In this document: piece by piece, positions 18,577 through 27,512 of the stretch | Numbering within the stretch: position 1 is the first letter of the stretch | How the letters are laid out: each line of letters begins with the position of its first letter | Assembly (NCBI GenBank): GCA_050949565.1 | Contig: JBMNFY010000010.1 | Span: forward strand, 320,001 to 384,000 | Reading direction: 5' to 3' | Length of the DNA stretch: 64,000 nucleotides | From: Kiritimatiellia bacterium | Lineage (GTDB): Bacteria > Verrucomicrobiota > Kiritimatiellia > RFP12 > UBA1067 | Translations under genes and position numbers: made by a program | Notes under the pieces: model-generated | The model's input: only the letters and a program-made list of their open reading frames with translations | The model's database searches: none | What the model was told of the DNA's origin: nothing

Positions 18577-19389
18577 TTAAATGGTGTTATCGCCTTCGCG
18601 GTGTTTGTTCCGGCACTCCGAGCAGTAGAAGAACTGCTTGTCCCAGGTGGTCTCCTCCTCGCGACCGCAGGTGTCGCAAACGCGAATCTGCTTGCGATGC
18701 TCGCTGCGGCAGGCTGAGCAGAAGAAGTCGGGGCCGGCCCATGTGGTGATCTCTTCGCGACCGCAATTTTTGCAAGTCCGGTGTTGTTCCTCACGCACCA
18801 GCCGGATTTTATGGGCATGCTCGTCGAGGAAGATCGGGGGCATGTCCTGAATACCGGGGGTCGTCAACAGCATTGCGCTGGTCAGGAACTTACCGTCGAG
18901 ATTCGTCATGCCGACGATCTGCACGCGTTTGCCCATGGTGCGCACACGCCGCAGCAACGGGATGTAGTCGGCGTCGCCGCCCACCAGCGTGGCGATATCG
19001 AACGCACCGGGCAACGCGGCATAGTAAAGCATGGACGAGGCGAGCGCGACATTCACCCATTTGTCGTCCGGCCGCGCATGCGGCTCGCGGCGGAAGTCAA
19101 TTTCAAGGATTTCCGTATCGTACGCGCACTGCAAAGACAGGAACTCATAAAAGGCCTTCTGCTTGGCAGGATTGTACCCTTGCTTGTTCACCGGGATGGT
19201 ACCGAAATAGTTGGTGCGTACCACATCAACCTCAGCATCGAGAACGTCGGCGATCTCATGCGCGATAATATTAGGAATCCGCTTGTAGTCGATTTCGAAA
19301 CCGCTCTCTTCTCCCAGCGATTCAAAGAGTGCCTGACGGCTGTGGTAGAGCCAGCTACCGTCAACAAAAATCATCGTCTTGACCGACAT
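18577..19389 (-). CDS. NYN (PIN-like) domain protein with two C-terminal zinc-ribbon repeats
   Basis: IFVDGSW and GGDADYIPLL..VR..GKRV. Tandem CxxCGREExTTW...FxCSxCR repeats. Confidence 0.8.
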   Translation of the reverse strand: MSVKTMIFVDGSWLYHSRQALFESLGEESGFEIDYKRIPNIIAHEIADVLDAEVDVVRTNYFGTIPVNKQGYNPAKQKAFYEFLSLQCAYDTEILEIDFRREPHARPDDKWVNVALASSMLYYAALPGAFDIATLVGGDADYIPLLRRVRTMGKRVQIVGMTNLDGKFLTSAMLLTTPGIQDMPPIFLDEHAHKIRLVREEQHRTCKNCGREEITTWAGPDFFCSACRSEHRKQIRVCDTCGREEETTWDKQFFYCSECRNKHREGDNTI

Positions 19390-19505
19390 AACTATTAGCC
19401 TTTCTGCTAGTCCCTGTGTATTTTGGCTGACGTTGCTGTACTATGCCATACAACGACAACGCTCTAATTCCTCGAAATTATGGCAAAACCATTTGGCCCT
19501 GTCTA

Positions 19506-19958
19506 TCAGGAAACCGCAACTTTTATGACGATTTTTTTCACCTGAGAGGGTTTTTCCGTATGGCGCGACGGCAGATGGAGATCCTGCGGAAAAAAGATAG
19601 CGAACATACCTTTCCGCAGCAGCGTGAACCACGACTCGCCCTCGTAGAGCGCGAAATCCTTGTCGGTGTCGTAGGGGTGCGCAACTTTTTGATTGCCGAG
19701 TGGGGCGTACCCCACAAACTCCTCCCCGTCAGCAATGAACTGGATGTCGATATACTTCCGGTGAGCTTCCAGCTTACCCTCGTTGATGGGCTTGGTTTCG
19801 TAGTGCTGCACAAGCGCGAACACCGCATTCCCCGCGATGTCGGTGCGACCAATGGGCAGGGTGTGCACATCCGGCTTCTTGAGGAAGTCGAAGGCAGCTT
19901 TGAAACGGGGGTGGAGGTTTTCGTAATAGGTACTGTTTTTTAGTGTGTCGATAACCAT
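19506..19958 (-). CDS. YhcH/YjgK/YiaL (DUF386) family protein
   Basis: LEAHRKYIDIQ, FAIFFPQDLHLP, VKKIVIKV. Confidence 0.92.
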   Translation of the reverse strand: MVIDTLKNSTYYENLHPRFKAAFDFLKKPDVHTLPIGRTDIAGNAVFALVQHYETKPINEGKLEAHRKYIDIQFIADGEEFVGYAPLGNQKVAHPYDTDKDFALYEGESWFTLLRKGMFAIFFPQDLHLPSRHTEKPSQVKKIVIKVAVS

Positions 19959-19989
19959 GTCGGGGCCTTTCTAAGTCAATGATCGCCGT

Positions 19990-20451
19990 TCAGGCGGTTT
20001 GGTTGAGGTAAGTGATGAGGCCGGGCAGGGCCTTGCGAATGATGTCACGGCAGCGGCGATAATCATCCAGCGTGCCGCAGAAGGGGTCGTCGACGGCCGC
20101 CGCTTGCGGGGCGTCAGGATCGAACGCCCTCAGGAGAAAGAGCCGGTCTTGCACGGAAGGGGAACGCCGGGCGAGTTGTTCGGCCTGTGACGGCGTCATG
20201 GCAACGACCGCATAGGCATCCCGGAGCATGGCGTCGGTCACACACTGACTGCTGTGGTCTGCGAGCGATGTGCCAACCTCCGCCAGCACATGGAGCACCT
20301 CGGGGGAGGCGGGGTGGCCAACCTGTGCGGCCAGTCCTGCCGAGGTCGCGCGCCACATCGTCCTCTCAGGTGCCATCATATTGAAAAGCGCCTCCGCCAT
20401 CGGACTGCGGCAGGTGTTACCGGTACAGACAAAGAGAATGACATGAGACAT
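19990..20451 (-). CDS. Low-molecular-weight protein phosphatase (YwlE/PtpA-like)
   Basis: P-loop FVCTGNTCRSPMAE and DDPF acid loop. Confidence 0.9.
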   Translation of the reverse strand: MSHVILFVCTGNTCRSPMAEALFNMMAPERTMWRATSAGLAAQVGHPASPEVLHVLAEVGTSLADHSSQCVTDAMLRDAYAVVAMTPSQAEQLARRSPSVQDRLFLLRAFDPDAPQAAAVDDPFCGTLDDYRRCRDIIRKALPGLITYLNQTA

Positions 20452-20456
20452 GACAT

Positions 20457-21368
20457 TTAATCCGGTATCATCACACGCCAAGGAACCGTGCCGACGTTTT
20501 TCATCTTAAGCGGAATCGCGGTGGCCATCCGGCCTTTCGGCACAGGCGGCGGCTTGACATCAGGAGCCGCGCCCTCCGGCGGGTCTTTCACGGCTGGAGG
20601 AAAGTTCACATCGGCGGCCGCTGTTTTTGTGGGTTTGTCGGATTTGACGGCGGTGGCTGGCGCGGGTTTATCGGGTTTGGTGGCGGCGGCTAGCGCGGGT
20701 GCCGGTTTCCCGGCCTGTTGGGTCTGGGCTGGCGGCTTAGCCTGCGCGACAGGTGCGGGCGGTGGCGTTTTGGGTGCATTTTTGAGGGCGACCATCTCTT
20801 TGTTCAGCTTTTCGCTCTGCGCCTGCATTTTTTTAAGTTCTTCACGCAACTTATCGAGTTCAGAATCCTGCGCGGCCACGCGGTCGTGCGTCTTAGTCGC
20901 GATGTCACTCACGCCGTCCATCTTCTTGTCGAGCGAGGCGCGCAGTTCGGTGGTGGCTTTCGAGATTTCGCGGACCGACGCCTCGAAGAATGGTTTGGGG
21001 TCGGGAGCCGGCTCGGCAGGCGCGGGCATCACGATGGGCTGGGGCGCGGGGGGCGACTCTTTGGTCGCCAAGGCGACATCAAGCAACTTGGCCTGAACTT
21101 CAGACATGTTGCGCAGCATGAACATGCCGGCGGTAAGGAAACCGGCCACAACGACTCCCATCAAGATCGTAAAGAAAACGGAGAGCTGCACGACGCGTCT
21201 GCGCGCCTGGATGCGTTCAGCCTCGATACAATCTTGAAAGGCCTTGAGCACAGGAAAAGATTCGGCGCTCGCATGCGAGGCCGCGTTGTACACAGCGACC
21301 AGACCATTGCCGGCCTCCGGGGCTCCATAGGGCTTTTCCGGTGAATGCTTGGGAGGAATGTCATTCAT
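20457..21368 (-). CDS. Hypothetical single-pass membrane protein with coiled coil and Pro/Ala/Lys-rich tail
   Basis: Long ORF with host-like codon usage in an operon-like run; one hydrophobic helix. Confidence 0.7.
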   Translation of the reverse strand: MNDIPPKHSPEKPYGAPEAGNGLVAVYNAASHASAESFPVLKAFQDCIEAERIQARRRVVQLSVFFTILMGVVVAGFLTAGMFMLRNMSEVQAKLLDVALATKESPPAPQPIVMPAPAEPAPDPKPFFEASVREISKATTELRASLDKKMDGVSDIATKTHDRVAAQDSELDKLREELKKMQAQSEKLNKEMVALKNAPKTPPPAPVAQAKPPAQTQQAGKPAPALAAATKPDKPAPATAVKSDKPTKTAAADVNFPPAVKDPPEGAAPDVKPPPVPKGRMATAIPLKMKNVGTVPWRVMIPD

Positions 21369-21461
21369 AGCACTGTAGAGTAGTGGATTTTCGGGGCGCG
21401 GAAAAGCGTAAAATCGATCAAACGCCGAACGTAGAACGATACAACTCCTAAATCCTAAATC

Positions 21462-22709
21462 CTAAATTTTCCTTAACTCCAGGGCGCAGGCGAATGCACC
21501 ATCGGTGTTTGAGCGTGTGGGAATATTCTCAATGACGCCGGAACAGACGACCTCGGGATGCGCTCGGCGCAGGACGGTGATTTGGCGGCGGTTTTCCTCG
21601 TGCTCAAGGCTGCATGTGGAGTAGACCAACCGGCCGCCGGGGGCCAGCAACGTCAGCGCGTTCTCAAGCATGGTGGCCTGAGTCTCAGCCAATTGCTTCA
21701 TGCGCCGGGTTGTCCACCGCCAGCGAGCATCGGGACGGCGTCGCAACACGCCGCTGTTTGAGCAGGGAGCGTCCAGCAGAATGCGGTCGAAGGGCGCGAG
21801 CGCCGCCAGTTCAGGGGATGGCGTCATCGTCAAGTCGCCTTGGAGGACGCTGACCCACTCCTGCCGCGTCCGTGCGAGATTGGCGTGGATTCGCTCGATC
21901 CGATCATCGTGCAGGTCAAGCGCGACGAGCCGGTGGCGCGGATCGTCTTGCGCCGGGGCACCCATGCGCCAGGCAATCTGGATGGTCTTGCCGCCTGGGG
22001 CCGCGCAGGCATCAAGCACATTCAGGCCGGGACGCACGTCGAGCAACTCGATAGCGGGCGCAGTGCCGGGATCCTGCACGACAAAGGCGCCGTCGGCATA
22101 TCCCGGCACATCCTCGACGCGCATGCCACGCTCCAGCTTCCTGAAGGCCTCGCCGATACCTTTCTCTTGCTGATCACCGCCTGTTTCCGCTTTCTGCTGT
22201 GGGGGATAGGCCAGCCAAGTGTCGGGCGGTTCATTGTTCCATTCGCAGAGCGCAAGCGTCTCTTCGGGACCGAAACGGTGGAGCCAGCGGGTGACCAGTG
22301 CATCGGGATGGGAGACGCGTATGCCGATGGGTTGCGTCGCCAACTCACTCAGTACCTGTTCGCGTTGGCGCTGGAGATTACGCAGAACGCCGTTGACGAG
22401 TCCTGCTGTCCGTTGCGACGCCACTTTTGCCGCCTCGACCGTCTCGTTGATGGCGGCATAGTCGGCCACGTCGGACATGAAGAGCAATTGACAGGCACCG
22501 ACCAGCAGTGCGGCCTCGGTTTCACCTTTGGGCATTTTCTTCAGAAACCGCTCCAACGCCCAGGTGAGCGAGCGTTTCCGGCGGACTGTGGTGTAGACAA
22601 GATCGGTGATAAATGCGCGGTTCGGATCATCCGGTATCATCCTGTCCGGAAACTCTTGGGTCGCCAGCCAGCGTGTAATAATAAAAATCGCTTCACGTCG
22701 TGAATTCAT
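21462..22709 (-). CDS. rsmB: 16S rRNA m5C967 methyltransferase (RsmB/Sun, with NusB-like domain)
   Basis: VNGVLR, VQD, DACAAPGGKT, ILLDAPCSNSG..RRRPD, LVYSTCS. Confidence 0.9.
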   Translation of the reverse strand: MNSRREAIFIITRWLATQEFPDRMIPDDPNRAFITDLVYTTVRRKRSLTWALERFLKKMPKGETEAALLVGACQLLFMSDVADYAAINETVEAAKVASQRTAGLVNGVLRNLQRQREQVLSELATQPIGIRVSHPDALVTRWLHRFGPEETLALCEWNNEPPDTWLAYPPQQKAETGGDQQEKGIGEAFRKLERGMRVEDVPGYADGAFVVQDPGTAPAIELLDVRPGLNVLDACAAPGGKTIQIAWRMGAPAQDDPRHRLVALDLHDDRIERIHANLARTRQEWVSVLQGDLTMTPSPELAALAPFDRILLDAPCSNSGVLRRRPDARWRWTTRRMKQLAETQATMLENALTLLAPGGRLVYSTCSLEHEENRRQITVLRRAHPEVVCSGVIENIPTRSNTDGAFACALELRKI

Positions 22710-22771
22710 GGACGCGCATCATAGAGGAGGGCGTTTTGAAAAGCAAGGTTTGGAGCGTCGTAGGCACTACT

Positions 22772-23143
22772 TCACTTGAAAGGGTCAGTGGTTTCCTGTC
22801 CAGTGTTTTCGGATGAATGGGCTTGGTGATTTTCCGCCTCCGTTTTTCGCACTCTTAGATTGTGCAATGCGCGTTCATTGCCTAACTCTCCAGCTTTTTG
22901 GAGCCAGTACATCGACAACGATTCATCGTATGCGAATCCAAGTTCGTAGTAAAGGTGTAGTCGATACGCGGCCTCTCCGTCATTGAAAGAAAGCGCTCGA
23001 CGTTTCAATTCGACAACCTCGCGCGGTTTCAAATCAAAATAGGTGGGCGTTGTGACTGGCTCATCTGAACCGGAGCACCCTACCGTGCTAAGCCATAGTG
23101 TGCAATGACAAACCAAAATCGCCTCAATCGCTACTCTTTTCAT
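22772..23143 (-). CDS. Sel1-like repeat lipoprotein; candidate immunity protein of the orphan Rhs tip
   Basis: Lipobox-like TVGC and GEAAYRL..YY.LG...SMYWLQKAGELGNERA. ATG overlaps the toxin stop. Confidence 0.7.
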   Translation of the reverse strand: MKRVAIEAILVCHCTLWLSTVGCSGSDEPVTTPTYFDLKPREVVELKRRALSFNDGEAAYRLHLYYELGFAYDESLSMYWLQKAGELGNERALHNLRVRKTEAENHQAHSSENTGQETTDPFK

Positions 23144-25511
23144 TTCGTTTCCCCTGTCTTTCCAGTAAAGATTTTCCAAGTACCGTTTCCTCTGGGCTTC
23201 ACTTTCCCGTCAGAATAATATTCGAGAAGTGAATCAGGCCCTTTTACAGTCGTCTCTATCCCCGTTTTCTTTGTCAATTCATTGGCCAATTTCTGTGCGT
23301 TAGAGTTACTCCCCCCTCTGCCCGCATTACATGATGCTAATGAAACGGTTTGCCCTGGTTTATAAATGGGAGACCTCAGGATTTGTTGAGCTAAATCGGA
23401 TATCGCAAGTTCTTTCTTCGTGGCATCAAATAATGCTGTCGGACTTCCATGCATGCCAACACTAAAAGACCCATCGGTTGTTTTGGCTTTGTCAGCATAA
23501 CGTCGAATAGGTTCATTGGGTGGAAACAAATTCATATCCACCCACCCATCGACATCAATACTGTTCACCGGATTATTCCCACAAAACTGATACAGATTGA
23601 TGCCCCCAAACTCCCGTATCGGATCCTCGGATATCCACCTGCACAGCACAGGACTGTAATACCTAAACCCATGATAAACCAGCCCGCTGGCATCACGTTC
23701 TTTGGAGGAGAACGTGAAACGGGGCGTGTAGGTGCCGGTGGCGGAAAGCTGTTCGCCGAAGGTGGTGTAGGCGTATTCGCCGACGACGGCACCGCTTGCA
23801 TCCGTGGCCATGACCACGTCGCCGCGCCAGTTGCTGTGGAGATAGGTTGTGGAAACGGCGGCGTTGTTTTCAAAGCGCGTCTCGGCAATGAGACTGCCCA
23901 CGTCACCGGCGATGCCGATACCGCGCGTGTAGTACTCGCGAATAGTCCCGTCGGCGTGGGCGGTGGCGATGATGTCCATGCCGTCCCAGATGTAGAGGGT
24001 GAGCAGACCGTTCTCTTGCTTCGCGATTCGGCAGCTGTACTGGTCGTACCAGAAGAGGGAGACCGCGCCGGAAACGGTGTTGCTCACGCAGGCGAGGTTG
24101 CCCTCGCAGTCGTAGGCGAGAATCAAGGGCGGGACGCCCATGCCACCGGGGAGATTGGTGATCGAGCCGTTTGCGTCGTTGCCGATCACGGTGGTGACTT
24201 TGTTCACCGAGAACTCGGAGAGGCGGAAGGACGGGGCTTGGCCGTCCTGGTCGACGCGGAACTGGATGCGGACGAGGCCGTTGCTCATGGGGTGCATCGG
24301 GGCGTTGGGCGCGATCCAGCGGCCCGACGCGTCCCGCTCGGCGTCCACCGGAGGCTTTGCCGCCGTCGGGTAGTATTTTACCGTGGCGGCGGGGTCGGCG
24401 GTGCCGGTTATCGTGACCGCGCCGTTGCGGATGTGGCGGGTCGTTTCATCCGCCCTGTTCACCGCGAACGATGCGTTCGGAGCCGCCAGCGCATCCGTGT
24501 ACGGTGTGAATGAACGCGCCACCATCGAGCCGGTGGCCTTGTAGTCGAAACGTTCCAAGTAGGCGGGGGCGGCGTTGGTGCAGGTGGTGGCGCCTGTCAC
24601 CATGCTCTGGAGGTTGTAGGCGAAGGCCGTCCGGCGCTGGCCGCCGGCCGACAGCGTGGAGACGGAGGCGAGGCGGTCGACGTCCCACCCATAGTTAATA
24701 GTTAATAACGAAGAGTGAAGAACGGTGTTGGAGACGGCGGTGGAGGCGGGGCGCTGGAGTGCGTCGTAGGCGCGGTGTTCCGTGACGGCGGGAGTGGCCT
24801 TGGCCAGCAGGCGTCCGGAGTCGCTGTGGGTGTAGGCGGCGGAGGCGTAAGGGTTGGCGACCGAGGCGAGCGCCGGCAGGAAGGGGTGGTGCGTGTAGGC
24901 CTCGGGGATGACAGCCGCGCCGACGGTGAGGGTGCGGTTGGTGACGAAGCCGCGCGGGCCGTAGGCCCAGCCGAGGGAGTAGGTGAGCGGCGCGGTCTGG
25001 CCGGGCAGGCCGGAGAGGGTGACGGTCTGGGAGACGGGGCGGCGGCGGGAGTCGTAAGAGTAGTTAATAGTTGAGGGTCTTGCAAAACCCCTTGCCTACA
25101 GGTGTGGCACGGGCATCTTGCCCGTGTTTCATGGGCGGGACGCCCATGCCACGAGGGGTTTTGCAAGAGCCTCAGTTAATAACGAAGAGTGAATAACTGG
25201 GTGGGACGAGGTGACGTGGCGGACGGTGTTGGTGAGGAGGTCGCGGGCGAGGTCGTGGCGGTTGGTGGTGGAAGAGAACGCTGAACGTCGAACGTTGAAC
25301 GTTGGAGGAGGCGGGTGTGGGAGGCGTCCCAGACGTTGGTGGCGAGGTTGCCGCAGGCGTCGGCGCGGGAGGCGGGCAGGCCGTCGAAGGTGTGGGTGAA
25401 GGATTCGCGGGTGCGCCCGATGGCGTCCTTGCGGGCGGCGAGGCGGGTGAGGCCGTTGGTACGGTTGGCAGCGGGGCCGGCGGTATAGGGCGTGAAGGTG
25501 CGGGCGGTCAT
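23140..25511 (-). pseudogene. Orphan/disrupted Rhs module with caspase-like (His-Cys) C-terminal toxin; 3' ORF 23140..24603 is intact
   Basis: Near-duplicate of ~28010-29810. Interrupted by a 7-nt deletion and a MITE. Rhs core FRYYSP...RWISEDPI...GGINLYQFCGNNPVNSIDVDG. Confidence 0.85.
25073..25173. mobile_element. 101-bp MITE with 20-bp terminal inverted repeats and 4-bp target-site duplication AGTT
   Basis: GAGGGTCTTGCAAAACCCCT / AGGGGTTTTGCAAGAGCCTC (1 mismatch). Empty site visible in the paralog at 29514-29517. Confidence 0.92.
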
Positions 25512-25521
25512 GTTGCTTTTC

Positions 25522-25639
25522 TCATTTGAAAGGGTCAGCGGTTTCCTGTCCAGTGTTTTCGGATGAATCGTTTTCAGAAGAATTGACTTGGTGGTTTTCC
25601 GCCTCTGTTTTTCGCACTCTTAGATCGTGCAATGCGCGT
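25522..25639 (-). pseudogene. 3' remnant of a paralog of the Sel1-like immunity gene
   Basis: Near-identical to 22772-22874, with a 15-nt in-frame insertion. Confidence 0.8.
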
Positions 25640-25640
25640 G

Positions 25641-25937
25641 TCAGCAATATTCCAGTCTCACTTTTTCTGGCAGAGCCGCGACCTTAGCATTGCTGTCGAC
25701 AATGAACCCAGTCGCATGCATTGCTCCTGTTCCGAGAAAACCTTTGTAATACCCCTGTATGATGATTTGGTGGGTACCGTCATCAGAGATTATATGCCAC
25801 ATTGCAAGCGTTGTCCGCTCGTCAATCTGAACATCCGAATACTCAGGAAGGGAAAGAATGTCAGCTATTGGCTTTGAACGAATGGCCGCCTCTTGCCGCT
25901 CAACCCGTTCTACCATCTCTTTGATCTTCGCATTCAT
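25641..25937 (-). CDS. Small hypothetical protein, candidate orphan immunity
   Basis: 98 aa, AT-rich, co-oriented within the Rhs downstream array. Confidence 0.6.
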   Translation of the reverse strand: MNAKIKEMVERVERQEAAIRSKPIADILSLPEYSDVQIDERTTLAMWHIISDDGTHQIIIQGYYKGFLGTGAMHATGFIVDSNAKVAALPEKVRLEYC

Positions 25938-26028
25938 TTGCCAAGAATCCTTAAATCAAAGTGGTTATACCATGTAGGCTTGCCGTTTCCAATACGCAAA
26001 GTTACACTCACGCCTGTTCATCAAAGCG

Positions 26029-26259
26029 CTATATGTCCCCCGATTCGTTTTGGAGCGTTTGCGTCGCAGGACGAATCTTTGCAAGCGCGGCAACGTTTAC
26101 CTTCAACGCCCCGAGCCGTCCGCACTTTGGGCAAACTGTTGTTTGGATGCCGTAAATGCCAGAGGTTCCAAAAAAGTGTTTCTTTACCGCATCCGGAACA
26201 AATGAAACCCCTTCGAGATGACCATTCACCATTTCTGCCTTACAGTTTTCACATTTCAT
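26029..26259 (-). CDS. Small zinc-ribbon protein (MKCxxCxxEMxxG...CPKCG)
   Basis: Two CxxC pairs; located in the immunity array. Confidence 0.65.
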   Translation of the reverse strand: MKCENCKAEMVNGHLEGVSFVPDAVKKHFFGTSGIYGIQTTVCPKCGRLGALKVNVAALAKIRPATQTLQNESGDI

Positions 26260-26296
26260 TTCAGTGTCCTAATTGGAACTCCGAAAAGTCCCTTAT

Positions 26297-26530
26297 TCAT
26301 GTCGTTTCATCAAAGATTGCAATTGCGCCACGAACAGATTTTTTCGTGAGCAATGTGTTGTCGTCTTCGAGGTGCAAATGTCCTTGGCCGGGACGTTTTA
26401 CAAGAGACAGGCACAATGCGGCGAGCCGTTCCAATCCCTGTGCGGTTCCATAAATACACACAGTATCATTTTCAAACCTAAGCTCAAGGTTGCCTTTGTT
26501 AAACTCTGGATACACGAAACCGTTCTGCAT
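26297..26530 (-). CDS. Candidate immunity protein (Imm32-like)
   Basis: VCIYGTAQGLERLAALCLSL....GHLHL resembles the Imm32 pattern. AAGGGG SD. Confidence 0.6.
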   Translation of the reverse strand: MQNGFVYPEFNKGNLELRFENDTVCIYGTAQGLERLAALCLSLVKRPGQGHLHLEDDNTLLTKKSVRGAIAIFDETT

Positions 26531-26623
26531 ACTATTTCCCCTTATGGACGTCCAATAAAAATCATTTCACCCACCATCCGGCAAGTTGTGGCGGGCATGC
26601 GGCGGCTATCATAACCACCCGTT

Positions 26624-26833
26624 TCATGCGAAATCCAATTGTGTGAGGGTTAATAGCCTAAGCTTTAACCGAACAGGGCGTCCGCATTTGTCATACACAA
26701 GACATCCTTGATCGACATCAGAGTCGAAGTCCTCCAGATTAGTTTCAAGCTCCTCAATGGTAGAATAGCTCTCCACCTCACCATTTTCGAACTGGACACT
26801 GATCGGAAATTGAACCATTTGATTAATCGACAT
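26624..26833 (-). CDS. Small acidic hypothetical protein, candidate orphan immunity
   Basis: AAAGGAG SD before ATG 26833; ELETNLEDFDSD...VYDKCGRPVRL. Confidence 0.6.
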   Translation of the reverse strand: MSINQMVQFPISVQFENGEVESYSTIEELETNLEDFDSDVDQGCLVYDKCGRPVRLKLRLLTLTQLDFA

Positions 26834-26946
26834 GACATTCTCCTTTCTCAAAGCGGTTTGCCGGTAAAGAGTCCACGATGTTTTTCGGCTTATGAGGGAA
26901 CTTGCATAACAAGTGGTGAGGGGCAGGTTCTGAACGCGACATCCTT

Positions 26947-27273
26947 CTAATCATGCTTAGGTCTCCGAAATCTGGCGAGACATTTTTCAAGTAGTGGGAG
27001 TAACACATGCGTTACTATATGAAATATCAAAAGTGCAATGAAAGTTATTCGGACAACCGATTTGTTTTCTGCATTGCATAGGCCGTCGGAATGTTCAATG
27101 CACGAGGCGGACAGCATGTACAAGACGAATGCCAATACAGGAATGCCCGACATTCTTGATGTCGGCAAAATCAACCTTTTTGCATTGCACCAAAAAGAAA
27201 AAGCATCGACAAATATGCCAGTGCAAATAAGCACCACCGAAACACCGGCACAGAGCATTTGAAGGTTGTTCAT
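26947..27273 (-). CDS. Small membrane protein (about 3 TM), candidate immunity
   Basis: Hydrophobic 108-aa ORF, AT-rich. Confidence 0.6.
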   Translation of the reverse strand: MNNLQMLCAGVSVVLICTGIFVDAFSFWCNAKRLILPTSRMSGIPVLAFVLYMLSASCIEHSDGLCNAENKSVVRITFIALLIFHIVTHVLLPLLEKCLARFRRPKHD

Positions 27274-27319
27274 GGCGTGTAGACCCTTTGGCCGACAATC
27301 CCCCTTTTCTTTCTTAGAA

Positions 27320-27502
27320 CTACTTTTTGCCGGTCACACCGATCAATCGGCGGAAGATGCAGTATGCTGCAATGGCAAGCAGGACTCCGAGAACGAACCC
27401 GCCTATCCAGCCACCAAGTCCGTAATGCAAGCCGAAGTACTTACCGCAAAAATACCCGACCACGATTACACCAATCACTGTGAGAAGTTCAAAGATGTTC
27501 AT
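27320..27502 (-). CDS. 60-aa two-helix membrane protein; likely cognate immunity of the full-length Rhs
   Basis: Starts 10 nt after the Rhs stop with a GAGG SD; Gly-rich hydrophobic helices. Confidence 0.7.
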   Translation of the reverse strand: MNIFELLTVIGVIVVGYFCGKYFGLHYGLGGWIGGFVLGVLLAIAAYCIFRRLIGVTGKK

Positions 27503-27512
27503 AGACGATACC

